Below, piece after piece: positions 37,583 to 49,641 of a stretch of DNA of 64,000 bases (its first letter is position 1; every line of letters begins with the position of its first letter). Both the position numbers and the translations under genes were made by a program. The stretch covers positions 20,646,001 to 20,710,000 of the forward strand of contig NC_043023.1 of assembly GCF_006345805.1 (NCBI RefSeq), written 5' to 3'. This stretch comes from Octopus sinensis (taxonomy: Eukaryota). The notes beneath the pieces were generated by a model that searched no databases, was not told where the DNA came from, and saw only the letters and a program-made list of their open reading frames with translations.

Positions 37583-37897
37583 ATACTAACTAGTATAGTT
37601 CACTCAGCTAATCCCAGGGTTGTACAGATTCCCCATACAACACCTGCCCCCTTTTGAGATTGGCTTTCCCTTTGTTTTTTTGTTACTTCCTTGGGGGAGA
37701 AATTGGAATATATTTTTCTTTTAGAATCAATCTCTAACATCTCTGTCCCCTTTCTCTTTCTAGTTGAATTGTGCACTGGTTGAACCCTATCCTGCAGCAA
37801 CAGAACATCAAATACCCCACAAAGTATTTCCAAAGGCTCTGCCTGCCTTTTTCATCCTTCTGTTTATTTGTTTTTTTATTTGATTTACATGTCTCAT

Positions 37898-38410
37898 GTG
37901 GAGGCGCAATGGCCCAGTGGTCAGGGCAACGGACTCGCAGTCGTAGGATCGCGGTTTCGATTCCCAGACCGGGCATTGTGAGTGTTTATTGAGTGAAAAC
38001 ACCTAACGCTCCACAAGGCTCCGGCAGGGGGTGGTGGTGAACCCTTCTGTAGTCTTTCACCACAATTTTCTCCCACTCTTTCTTTCCTGTTTCTGTCGTA
38101 CCTGTATTTCAAAGGGGCCAGCCTTGTCACACGGAATCTCCCTGAGAACTATATTAAGGGTACATGTGTCTGTGGAGTGCTCAGCCACTTGCACGTTAAT
38201 AAATGAGCTGCGACGTCACTGGTGCCAAGCTGTATCGGCCCCTTTGCCTTACCCTTGGGTAAAATCAGTGGCATGGAGAGGAGAGGCTGGTATGTATGGG
38301 TGTATGAGCAATTGCTGGTCTTCCATAAACAACTTTGCCCAGACTTGTGCCTCAGAGGGTCACTTTCTAGGTGCAATCCCATGGCCATTCATGACCAAAG
38401 GGGATCACAA
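37898..38410 (+). mobile_element. SINE family D
   Basis: tRNA-Arg-like head and body, (AAC)n end. Confidence 0.85.
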
Positions 38411-38419
38411 CAACAACAC

Positions 38420-40810
38420 CATGTCTCTTATGCTCATACGGTTGCCCTTTCACCATATATATTACTCTACCAGGACGTTTGGTTATTCGTCCTTGTTTCC
38501 CATATTTGTACATTTAAAAAAATACTGTGTCCCCTATATTGAAATAGTTTGTATTGTTAGGGTTAGGGTTCTTCTGTATTAGTTGTTTCTCTCCTGGTAA
38601 CAATTTATCAAATACTGATCGTATCTTTCTGGCGAACATTAATTCAGTGGGTGACATACCCAACTCTCTGTTGGGGTTTGGTGTTATTCTGTAGACGTGT
38701 AAAAATTTTGTCAGTGTATTATCCACTAATGATTTGTTTCTGGTTTTCCTCAACACACTTTCAAATGTATCTACGAACCTCTCCACAAGTCCATTTGACT
38801 TGATAATCGTGGGGTAGTGACATGTTCCATTTGATGCGTCTTACAAAAATCTTTGCACTCTTTTGCTGTAAATTGCGTGCCATTATCTGACATTATAGTG
38901 TTCGTCACGCCAAAATGTGCAAATATTTCATCCCAAAATTCAGTAGTTGTTACCAATCAAACGTGGCCAATGCCAGTGCCACTTTGACTGGCTTCTGTGC
39001 TGGTGACACATACAAAGCACCAACAGATTGTTGTTGATGCCAACTCTTCTGGCCCCTGTGCTGGTGGCACGTAAAATGCACCCACTACACTCTCGGCGTG
39101 GTTGGCATTAGGAAGAGCATCCAGCTGTAGAAACACTACCAGATCAGATTGGGGCCTGGTGCAGCCTCCTGGCTTCTCAGTCCCCAGTTGAACCATCCAA
39201 CATGTGCTAGCATGGAAAATGGGCGTTAAACCGATGATGATGATTTTTGTAGTTGTTTGTTTACACTTACAGATTTCAGGCCATTTTGTGTAGTTATCTA
39301 CCACTACCAGATAATATACACCATTTCGTGGTCCTGCAAAATCTATGTGTAGTCTAGAGCAGGCTATATCTGTCTTTGACCACTGTTGAATCTTTACTGG
39401 AGGTACCTTAGCTGTCAGGGTGCATCCCCTGGATGCTTTCACCAGATTCTCAATACCTTCATCCATAGTAGGCCAGTAAACATAACTCTTCATGATGTCC
39501 TTCATTCTTACAATTCCATCAAATTCTTTCAGCATCTTATTTTGTCGTTCAACAGGTATCCCAACCCTCTGAACGCACATCAACACATTGTCACACGTTG
39601 AATAGAATTTCAAACCTGTGTTACACTCAGCGCCATAGTTTTATGTGCTTACTCCGGTGGCACGTAAAAAGCACCCACCAGAATTGATATATTCCTGAAC
39701 AATATAAAAAAAAAAATATACACATAAACCACAAAAACAGTTGGGATATCATTTTAGGGCAAAAAAAATTTTCAATAATAAAATTATTAAATCATAATTA
39801 GCGCCGCTGGCCGATGCCAGCGCCGTCTCGACTGGCTTCCGTGTCGGTGGCACGTAAAAAGCACCATCCGAATCGTGGCCGAAGCCAGTGCCACCTCGAC
39901 TGGCTTCCGTGCAGGTGGCACGTAAAATGCACCAATCCGACCGTGGCCAATGCCAGCCTCGCCTGGCACCAGTGCAGGTGGCACGTAAAAAGCACCCACT
40001 ACACTCTCGGAGTGGTTGGCGTTAGGAAGGGCATCCAGCTGTAGAAACTCTGCCAGATCAGACTGGAGCCTGGTGCAGCCATCTGGCTTCCCAGATCCCC
40101 GGTCGAACCGTCCAACCCATGCTAGCATGGAGAGCGGACGTTAAACGATGATGATGATTAGTATTTTTTTCATTTAATAAATGCATTCTTTCTGCTTTCC
40201 TTTTTCTCTCTTCCCATGTGACTGGTAGTAACCGCACTACATTGCAGAGAGTATTTTTTAAATTCAATTTCTGATTTTAACGCTGCTATTACTAAATCTT
40301 CTAACGGTTCCTTATACTTCGGGATCAATCTCGACAGCCTGTCTGCGTGTCCCAATTTCTTCAAGGGCAAAAATTCCATTTTGAAAACATAATTTAGTAG
40401 GGTAGTCTCCCCCAGCATTGTAGTCGATTGGCTGTATGTGTAGGGGACACCTGTTTTTGATCCATATATTGTTAATAGCGGACGGTGTCTGCAAAGTAGA
40501 CTTTCTGCTGTGCAAGAATTTATGAAATTTTTTCACTGCAAAGATAATGGCCAATGCCTCTTTTTCTAGCTGTAATCTTTTTTTTTTTTGCTGATAGTAA
40601 TGCATGTGACACATATGTGATCGGTTTTACGTTACTATTTTCCAACTTATCTAAGATTACTGCTCTGATCCCAGGCTCGCTAGCATCTGATGCTTCAGTT
40701 ATTTTTAGTTTCGGATCAAAATGTGTTTGAGATAGCTCTGATGTCAACATCTTTTTAATCTCTTTGAATGCTTTTTGGCATTCGTCAGTCCAACACCATT
40801 TCATGTAAAA
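38420..40810 (-). mobile_element. Ty3/Gypsy pol remnant (RNase H + integrase), disrupted by SINE C insertions
   Basis: LEKEALAIIFAVKKFHKFL, HADRLSRL, GIVRMKDIMKSYVYWP, RLHIDFAGP...LVVVDNYTKWPE, IMSDNGTQF, SPTELMFARKIR; frameshifted. Confidence 0.9.
39679..39999 (-). other. Inverted ectopic copy of 53944-54269 (SINE C part + KDM5 intron end + 18 nt of exon E10)
   Basis: Reverse complement reads ...CCCTAAAATGATATCCCAACTG...ATATTGTTCAG|GAATATATCAATTCTGGT, about 98% identical to the E10 acceptor region. Confidence 0.92.
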
Positions 40811-41345
40811 GCTCTCAATCACACTCTTGGCGTGGTTGGTGTTAGGAAGGGCAACCATCGGTAGAAACCATGCCAAATCAAACTGGAACCTGGTACAGCT
40901 GCAGTCAAACCGTCTAACTCATGCCAGCATGGAGAGCAGATGTTAAACAATAATGATGACGATGATTACATTTGATAGACTAATATGAAAGGTACAGGGT
41001 TGAGCCATGAGCTGGCAGAAACGTTAGCACACCAGGCGAAATGCTTAGCGGTATTTCGTCTGCGTTACGTTGTGAGTTCAAATTCCGCCGAGGTCAACTT
41101 TGCCTTTCATCCTTTCGGGGTTGATAAATTAAGTACCAGTTACGCACTGGGGTTGATGTAATCGACTTAATACCTATGTCTGTCCTTGTTTGTCCCCCCT
41201 ATGTTTACCCCCTTGTGGGTAGTAAAGAAATAGGTTGAGCCTCTTTCACTTATCCTCTTGATATTATCAATGTCTCTCTCCCTCCTTCTCTCTCTCTCTC
41301 TCTCGTTCTCCTAACGATTTGTGTCATGTTTCCCTATATCTGCAG

Positions 41346-41471
41346 GCTACCGACATGCACTCTGAAAGTGTTGATGATAAATCAGACAAGGAATATAAGC
41401 CACATGGTATAATAGCGACAGACTCCACCAGTGGTGGTTACACAAGGAAAACTAAACGAAATATTAACAAA
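41346..41471 (+). CDS. KDM5: KDM5 exon E4: ATDMHSESVDDKSDKEYKPHGIIATDSTSGGYTRKTKRNINK
   Basis: CTGCAG|GCT...AAA|GTAAGT. Contains the DKEYKPH motif of KDM5 proteins; frame 0-0. Confidence 0.88.
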
Positions 41472-41777
41472 GTAAGTTGGGATTGAAACCCTGCTCTCTG
41501 TTTTTCTCTCTGCCTTGTTTTCAGCACTTCCACTCACCCACCTTAAACCCCACCATCCCACATCTTTATTCCTCCCCTAGCCCTTCTTTTATTTCTTCTA
41601 TCCTTGTTGCACCTTTCTTTTACTGGTTCCAGTCTTTGGGTTGGTCATGCCGGAACACTGACGGCTGTTGTTGCTTTTTAGCCCCAGGTCGACCTTCTTT
41701 GAGTTACAACCAGTGCACAAAGACATTTCTGATTTGACTACACCAGCTTATGTGTGTGTGTGTATACATACCTAAGA

Positions 41778-42120
41778 TGGTGCAGGAGTGGCTGTGTGGT
41801 AAGTAGCTTGCTTATGAACCACATGGTTCCGGGTTCAGTCCCACTGCGTGGCACCTTGGGCAAGTGTCTTCTACCATAGCCTCAAGTCGACCAAAGCCTT
41901 GTGAGTGGATTTGGTAGATGGAAACTGAAAGAAGCCTGTCGCTTGACAACCGATGCTGGTGTGTTTACGTCCCCGTAACTTAGCGGTTCGGTAAAAGAGA
42001 CCGATAGAATAAGTACCAGACTTCCAATAAGAATAATCCTGGGGTCGATTTGCTCGACTAAAGGCGGTGGCTCCAGCATGGCCACACTCACATGGCTGAA
42101 GCAAGTAAAAGAGTAAAGAG
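41778..42120 (+). mobile_element. SINE family A
   Basis: Family A head, core and tail. Confidence 0.85.
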
Positions 42121-42344
42121 ATACACACATCTGTTGGGACAACAAGGACCATTTGGTCATCTTAAAGGATGACCCCTGACTTGCATAGTGACTCTGCTTA
42201 TAGCTGGGCTGTGGAGTCAAAACAAAAAAACTTCACTTCGACTCTGACTCCTCTACTATTGGCACCTCTGACTCTGATGTAATTAAGTGACTATGGAGAG
42301 TGAGAGAGAGGTACGAGAAAGAGGACAGAAACGTATATAAAAGC

Positions 42345-42995
42345 ACCATCCGAACGTGGCCGATGCCAGCACCGCCCCGAACGTGGCCGATGCCAGCACC
42401 GCCCCGACTGGCTTCTGTGCCGGTGGCACATAAAAAGCACCATCCGAACGTGGCCGATGCCAGCACCGCCCCGACTGGCTTCTGTGCCGGTGGCACATAA
42501 AAAGCACCATCCGAACGTGGCTGATGCCAGCCCCGCCCCGACTGGCTCCTGTGCCGGTGGCACATAAAAAGCACCATCCGAACGTGGCCGATGCCAGCAC
42601 CGCCCCGACTGGCTTCTGTGCCGGTGGCACATAAAAAGCACCATCCGAACGTGGTCGATGCCAGCTCCGCCCCGACTGGCTCCTGTGCCGGTGGCACATA
42701 AAAAGACCATCCGAACGTTGCCAGCGCCGGCTTGGCTGGCTTCCGTGCCACTGGCACGTTAAAAGCTCCAACCGATCGTGACCGATGCCGGACCCCCCCC
42801 CCTGGCACCTGTGCAGGTGGCACGTAAAAAGTACCCACTACACTCGCGGAGTGGTTGGCGTTAGGAAGGGTATCCAGCCGTAGAAACTCTGCCAGATCAG
42901 ACTGGAGCCTGGAGCAGCCCCTGGCTTCCCAGACCCCAGTTGCACCGTCCAACCCGTGCTAGCATGGAGAAGGGACGTTAAACGATGATGATGTA
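42345..42995 (+). mobile_element. SINE family C with expanded about 55-bp internal minisatellite (about 7 units)
   Basis: AAAAGCACCATCCGAACGTGGCCGATGCCAGCACCGCCCCGACTGGCTTCTGTGCCGGTGGCACAT repeated; (GAT)n tail. Confidence 0.9.
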
Positions 42996-43347
42996 TGATG
43001 GGGCTTCTTTCAGTTTCCGTCTACCAAATCCACTCCCAAGACTTCAGCTGTCCTGAGGATATAGTAGAAGACACTTGCCCAAAGTTCCATGCAGTGGGAC
43101 TGAACCCGGAACCATGTGGTTGGGAAGTAAACTTCTTACCACACAGCCATGTCTGTGCCTATTGGTCTTTTTATGGAAGAGTTACTTGTTAATTTAGAGG
43201 GATGTAAACAAACCAATACCAGTTGTCAAGTGATGAGACATACACACACACATACATGCCTATGATAAGATGATTCTATTCTCAGTCTTTCAGATCCTCC
43301 AAGACATCAATATAATTCCTGCTTTATTTGTCTGTGCTTCTTTTCAG

Positions 43348-43468
43348 ACTCCTGTCGTCCAAAACAATGTTCCAAATTCCAAAATCGACTACTCTGCTAA
43401 CAACGAGCTGAGAAAGCTACAGTTTTATGGAGCGGGGCCCAAAGCAGCAGTTCCCAGCACGGTGAAAG
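43348..43468 (+). CDS. KDM5: KDM5 exon E5: TPVVQNNVPNSKIDYSANNELRKLQFYGAGPKAAVPSTVK(phase 1)
   Basis: TTTCAG|ACT...AAAG|GTAAAA. NELRKLQFYGAGPK matches KDM5A NTELKKLQIFGAGPK. Confidence 0.92.
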
Positions 43469-43994
43469 GTAAAATATCATATACAGATGAGATGCACACA
43501 TGCACGCAATACAAGAAATTAAATAAATGATAAAAGAATAAGAAATTATGTAATGAAATCCATCGGCTTACAGGTGTTTCTGCCGTAAGACATTCTCATA
43601 GTTGAGTGCTTGTGTATCACCTTATATATTGAATTCTCATGCCAGGTTATTTGTATTGCTATACCTATGCAAAATATTAAAATATATACATCTAAAGTAA
43701 AATTTTTTCAGAAGCCCTTAAAATACTATTGTGGACCCCCAATTTATTATTTTGCTGTGTGAACCCCCTAAAAGTTCATATGGACCTTCAGGAGCCATGT
43801 AGATCCCAGTTGTGAACAAACTGTTGGAAAGAGCAGCTGGTTTGAGTATGGGTCTAGAGTTAGTTGTGTGTGTGTGTGTATGTGTGTATTGGGTGGTGTG
43901 TAGTGTGTTGAGGGGCCAGTTAGTGTATGTATGTGTGTGTTAATGAGTTGCAGTGTAGTAATCCGTTGTGTTGATCGGTTTGTATTGCACAAAC

Positions 43995-44760
43995 TTGGGC
44001 ACCAAACTGGTAATCAGTTAACATTTTCATTATAGATTTAATTTTCAGAAATCATTATCGGAGTAATTAACTTCCATTACATTTAACTTCTGTTAACTCA
44101 AGTCAACTCGAGTTAACTCCTGTTAACTTCAGCTCAATTAAAGTTAACAGAATTTATAGTTTTGGCACTTTTTAACCCTTTAGTGCTTAAACCGGCCATA
44201 TCCCGTACATGTTTCATGTTAAAACTGGCCATATCCAGCCTCTCACACCTAATCTACAATGTCAGTCTAAAGGTAAACAATCACATCATTGAAACCTCAA
44301 AGCTACAAGATAATTCATGATTAATTCAAAACAAGAAATATTGAATTTCTAAATCTCTCGTAGAGACATGTACGGTGGTGGGACGATAGAATGGTTGTAT
44401 ACTGTCAATCTAACAAGAACGTGACAGTAGGGGGTACACCACCGCTGTATAGCCCTAGGAAGCATCGAACACCTCCTGATGGCTTTGACACATTTTTCCC
44501 TGTGTCCTATATTCAAAACAGTTTGAGTGAAAAAGTATTACATTTAACAGAGAAATCTGAACACCAAAGGGTTAAAGGTGTTTTTAGGTGGTTTTAGAGT
44601 AAAAACTGAGTTTTTGTTCTTTTTTTATAATGAAAATTAACGATGACGGTTTGTTGATAGCTTCTGTTACATTTAAAAAAAATTAGCTGATTGACGGTTA
44701 TTAAAATTAACTAGTTGGTTAACAGTTAACGAAGTTATCTTTTTCATTAACGGTGCCCAC
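43995..44760. mobile_element. Nested stack: GGGCACC...GGTGCCC element rich in GTTAAC, containing MITE1 (44176-44571), which contains a 177-bp insert
   Basis: Terminal GGGCACC (43997) and GGTGCCC (44752). TTAA-flanked MITE. Insert 44334-44510 with 10-bp TSD ATTCAAAACA. Confidence 0.65.
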
Positions 44761-44819
44761 CTTTCGCATTGCAGTATACTGGTGTATTGTTGAATGTGCT
44801 TGGGTTTTTTCCCCCTTTC

Positions 44820-44907
44820 ACACACACACACACACACACTTTTTCTCTCTCTCTCTTTCTCCTCTCTCTCTCACACTCTCCTCTCTCTTTCTCTCTCACA
44901 CTCTCCT

Positions 44908-44943
<36 letters not shown>

Positions 44944-45140
44944 CTCTCTCTCTCACACTCTCTTCTCTCTCTCTTTCCTTCTCTCTCCTCTCTCTCTCCT
45001 CTCTCTATTTCTCTCTCTCTCTTTTTCTCTCTCTCTTTTTCTCTCTCTCACACTCCTCTCTATTTCTCTCTCTCTCCCTTTTTCTCTCACACTCCTCTCT
45101 ATTTCTCTCCTCTCTCTCTCACACTCTCCTTCTCTCTCTC
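44820..45140 (+). repeat. (CT)n-rich polypyrimidine tract
   Basis: About 320 nt, ending about 40 nt before the E6 acceptor. Confidence 0.95.
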
Positions 45141-45181
45141 ATGCAGTTATCATTTCTTTTTTTTCTTTTCATTTTTCACAG

Positions 45182-45246
45182 AAGAGAAGACTGATGGCAA
45201 AGTGAAAAAAGATTGTAAGACAAAAATTAAAGATGAATTTCCCCCT
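45182..45246 (+). CDS. KDM5: KDM5 exon E6 (linker): (E)EKTDGKVKKDCKTKIKDEFPP
   Basis: TCACAG|AA...CCT|GTAAGT. The 65-nt phase 1-0 exon restores the frame between E5 and the PHD exon. The sequence itself is poorly conserved. Confidence 0.8.
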
Positions 45247-45359
45247 GTAAGTATTTCTCCTCATTCCACATTCGATCATGGTTCCGTCTAACTACCCAAC
45301 TCATGTCACCATGGAACAGCATCGCTGCTAAATGACGATAATGATAACGGGAAATAGAC

Positions 45360-45880
45360 AAGGTGGTGAGCTGGCAGAATCGTTAGCACGCCAGGTGAAA
45401 TGCTCGGAGGTATTTCGTCTGCCGTTACGTTCTGAGTTCAAATTCCACCGAGGTTGACTTTGCCTTTCATCCTTTCGGGGTTGATTAAACAAGTACCAGT
45501 CTGTTTGTCTGTCCTTGTTTGTCCCCTCTGTGTTTAGCCCCTTGTGGGTAGTAAAGAAATAGGTATTTCGTCTGTCGTTACGTTCTGAGTTCAAATTCCG
45601 CCGAGTTCGACTTTGCCTTTTGTCCTTTCGGGGTTGATTAAACAAGTACCAGTTACGCACTGGGGTCGATGTAATCGACTTAATCCGTTTGTCTGTCCTT
45701 GTTTGTCTGCTCTGTGTTTAGCCCCTTGCGGGTAGTAAAGAAATAGGTATTTCGTCTGTCGTTACGTTCTGAGTTCAAATTCCACCAAGGTTGACTTTGC
45801 CTTTCATCCTTTCGGGGTCAATGAATTAAGTACCAGTGGAACACTGGGGTCGATGTAATGGACTGGTCCCAAATTTCAGG
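45360..45880 (+). mobile_element. SINE family B multimer
   Basis: Head plus repeated bodies. Similar clusters at 48520-49470 and 50264-50670. Confidence 0.85.
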
Positions 45881-46835
45881 CCCCACCCCAATTTTCAGGT
45901 CTTGTGCCTTTAATAGAATGGGTTATTATTATTATTATTATTATTAATAATAATAATAATGATGATGATGATGATAATAATAACAATAATAATAATGTGG
46001 TGAGCTGGAAGAATTGTTAGTATGTTGGATGAAATGCTTAGTGGTATTTTGTCCGCCACTACTTTCTAAGTTTGAATTCTGCCAAAGCTGGCTTTGCCTT
46101 TCATCCTTTCAGGGTCGATGGAATCGATTCATCCCCTCCTCTGAAATGGCTGCTCTTGTGGAAAAATTTGAAACCATTATTAATTAATTTATTTATTATT
46201 ATTATTATTATTAAGGTGGTGAGCTGGCGGAAACGTTAGCATGCTGGGGGGGGGGATGCTTTGTAGCATTTCGTCCGTCTTTGCGTTCTGGGTTCAAATT
46301 CTGCTACATCCAACCTTGCCTTTCATCCTTTCGGGGTCAGTAAAATAAGTACCAGTTGAACACTGAGGTCAATGTAAATTGACTCGTCCCTTCCCTCAAA
46401 ACTGCTTCCCTTGTGGCAAAATTTGAAACCATTATTATTATTATGGCTGGGGCCTAACCTGGGCCGCAGCAACAAAGTCCACCCATCACATTTCTTGACC
46501 CATCATCTCTGCCTCAATGTCCTGGATACATTCCAGACCAATGTCTGCAATCCTACCTTTATTGGCTGTAAACATTGGTCTGAATATTTCGATTTTCATG
46601 CTGGAAAATGTGTAATAAAAATTTCCTACAATAATATTTGAGATGGCATAGGTGTGGCTGTGTGGTAAGAAGCTTGCTTCCCAACCACATGGTTCTGGGT
46701 TCAGTCCCACTGCGTCACACCTTGGGCAAGTGTCTTCTACTATAGCCTTGGGCTGACCGAAACCTTGAGAGTGGATTTGGTAGATGGAAACTGAAAGAAG
46801 ACCTTCGTATATACGTATATATATATATATATATA

Positions 46836-47045
46836 TATGGGTTTCAAGGGCCCACAGCTTTTTAATATTCTCCCAAAGAGTCTGAGGAACTTGCACAAAG
46901 TAGATGTAGGGGTTTTTAAATCAAAGCTGGACCTCTTCCTGTCAAGACTCCCAGATGAACCTACCTCACGGCAAGAGGTGCAAATGAGGGTAGCTACATC
47001 AAACTCCATTCTTCACCAAGTGCCACATATTAGAGGAGGCTCTTA
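46836..47045 (+). mobile_element. LINE (CR1/L2 group-like) ORF C-terminal fragment
   Basis: GPQLFNILPKSLRN...FKSKLDLFLSRLPDEP...SNSILHQ. Confidence 0.65.
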
Positions 47046-47897
47046 GTAATAACAGTGTAGCACAAAACAGCGGTGCATCAGCATGGCCGCAGCTCTGAGC
47101 TGAAACTAGAGCGAAAAAATATATTTTTTTTTCATTTTTCATTTTTCCAGTTTCAGCTAATGAGCTGTGGCCATGCTGGGGCACCGCCATATATAACTTA
47201 TAAACAAGGGCAAATGTCCTTGTTTATAAATTTAACCTTTAAAGATATTTTTTTTAATATGCTGGCCATTGATAAAATTTTTTTCGAAAAGCTTTATCCT
47301 ATATTGGTTGGCGTTAGGAAGGGCATCCAGCTGTAGAAACATTGCCAGATTAGACTGGAGCCTGGTGCAGCCTTCTGGCTTCCCAGAACCCCGGTCGAAC
47401 CGTCCAACCCATGCTAGCATGGAGAACGGACGTTAAACGACGATGATGATGATGATGATGTGTGTGTGTGTGTGTCTATGTTTGTTCTCCCACCATCGCT
47501 TGACACCAATGTTGGTGTGTTTACATTCCCGTAACTTAACATTTCAACAAAAGAGACCGATAGAATACGTATTAGGCTTGCGAAGTCCTGGAGGTTGATT
47601 TGTTTGACGGGGGCGGGGGGTGGGGGGCTTGCTCCAGCATGGCCGCAGTCGTATGACTGAAACAGGTTAAAGAATAACAGAAGGGTGTACATAGTGATTA
47701 TACTAGAATTCATTCTGTTAAAAAAAAAGGGGGTGTAGATGGGAATATTCCAAGCACCTCAGCCTTGATCCCTCATGCATTTTGCTGGGCCCCACCCATG
47801 CTGGGCCTTGCTTTCAGCCTTGTTTAGATCAGATTTAATGACAGCAATTTCCCCCATTTACAAAAGCATTAACCGCGTCTAATTATGCTGCTTGCAG

Positions 47898-48056
47898 GTG
47901 GATGCTTATGTGTGTCACGTCTGTGCTAAAGGAGACGGCGAAGAGTTTATGTTACTATGTGATGGATGTGATGATGCGTTCCACACCTACTGCCTTACAC
48001 CACCGATGCCTGAAGTGCCCAAAGGAGACTGGAGATGTCCGACATGTGTAAAAGAG
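47898..48056 (+). CDS. KDM5: KDM5 exon E7 (PHD1): [53 protein letters not shown]
   Basis: C4HC3 PHD finger; TTGCAG|GTG...GAG|GTGACT. Confidence 0.97.
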
Positions 48057-48093
48057 GTGACTGCATTGCTTTTCTTTTCTTATCAATTTACAT

Positions 48094-48432
48094 CAGTGGT
48101 TCCCAAACTATGGGTCGCGAACGGAATCTTAGTGGGTCGCAAAAAGTTATAAAATTACGCATTAGCTTTGATTAACTGTTATCTATCGAGATAGTTCAAG
48201 ACTCCTGTTTTCAATACCAGACTTGTTGTTTTATCAAGCAGTAGGCTTTTTCACGAACTTAACAAATCAGAGATTGTCATTTTCTCAAGTTATTTATTTG
48301 TACGCAATCGTAAAAAGGAAAGGTCTGTTTTTACCCATTTATAGAGAACTTTAACCCGGAGAGTTAAGTGGGTCATCATAAACTGGTGTGATAAATAGTG
48401 GGTCGTGACTCTAAAAAGTTTGGAAGCCACTG
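48094..48432. mobile_element. hAT (Charlie-like) MITE
   Basis: TIR CAGTGGTTCCCAAACT / AGTTTGGAAGCCACTG (14/16) with perfect 8-bp TSD ATTTACAT (48086-48093, 48433-48440). Confidence 0.9.
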
Positions 48433-49567
48433 ATTTACATGTTTTTTCAACCCACCCACCTCTTGTCCCCTCTATTTTGTCATTAATGCTATTATTATTA
48501 TTGTAACATATAGAAATTAAGGAGCCAATCTGGCAGAAACGTTAGCACTCTGGGCGAAATGCGTAGCCGTATTTCGTCTGCTGTTATGTTCTGAGTTCAA
48601 ATAGGGTGGCGAGCTGGCAGAAACGTTAGCACGCCGGGCAAAATGCTTGGCGGTATTTCGTTTGTCGGTACGTCTAAGTTCAAATTCCGCTGAGGTTGAC
48701 TTTGCCTTTCATTCTTTCGGGGTCAACAAATTAAGTACAGTTGTGTACTGAGGTCAATGTAATTGACTGACCCCCCCCCTTCCCCAAATTTTGAGCCTTA
48801 TGCCTAGAGTAGAAAAGAATATTTATCTAGATGAAAGGCCACGAGCTGGCAGAAATGTTAGCACGCCGGGAGAAATGCTTAGTGGTATTTCGTCTGCCGC
48901 TACGTTCTAAGTTCAAATTCCACTGAGGTGGACTTTGCCTTTCATCCTTTCGAGGTCAATAAATTAAGTACCAGTTACGCACTGGGGGCGATGTAATCGA
49001 CTTTATCCCTTTGTCTGTCCATGTTTGTCCCCTCTGTGTTTAGCCCCTTATGGGTAGTAAAGAAATAGGTATTTCATCTGCCTTTACGTCCTGAGTTCAA
49101 ATTCTGCCGAGGTCGACTTTGCCTTTCATCCTTTCGAGGTCAACAAATTAAGTACAGTTGTGTACTGAGGTCAATGTAATTGACTGACCCCCCCCCTTCC
49201 CCAAATTTTGAGCCTTATGCCTAGAGTAGAAAAGAATATTTATCTAGACGAAAGGCGGCGAGCTGGCTGAAATGTCAGCACGCCGGACGAAATGCTTAGT
49301 GGTATTTCGTCTCTCTTTATGTTCCGAGTTCAAATTCCACTGAGGTTGACTTTACCTTTCATCCTTTCGAGGTTCATAAATTAAGTACCAGTTGCATACT
49401 GGAGTCGATCTAATCGACTGGCCCCTCCACCCCCAAATTTCGGGCTTTGTGCCTAAAGTAGAAAAGAATATACAGATATGGAAACATTTTAGTCTCAGAC
49501 CCAGAATAATAAATCTGAATAGCATAAATAGAATAGAACATCCTTATATTGCAGAAAAATTTGTTCG

Positions 49568-49641
49568 TGGCCAGCCATGAGACTTGAACTCACATCCCTG
49601 TGATTACCAGTCATAGTGCTTTACCTTTAAGCTCAACTGCC
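49568..49641 (-). pseudogene. tRNA-like cloverleaf (anticodon loop CT-GGT-AA, Thr-like), probably a pseudogene or SINE head
   Basis: D stem GCTT/AAGC; anticodon stem with 1 mismatch; T arm GTGAG-TTCAAGT-CTCAT; imperfect acceptor stem; G at position 8. Confidence 0.55.

Noticed and set aside
46534-46582. Hairpin CAGACCAATGT/ACATTGGTCTG as a pre-miRNA
   Set aside because: Only 11 contiguous bp; the upper stem is poorly paired.
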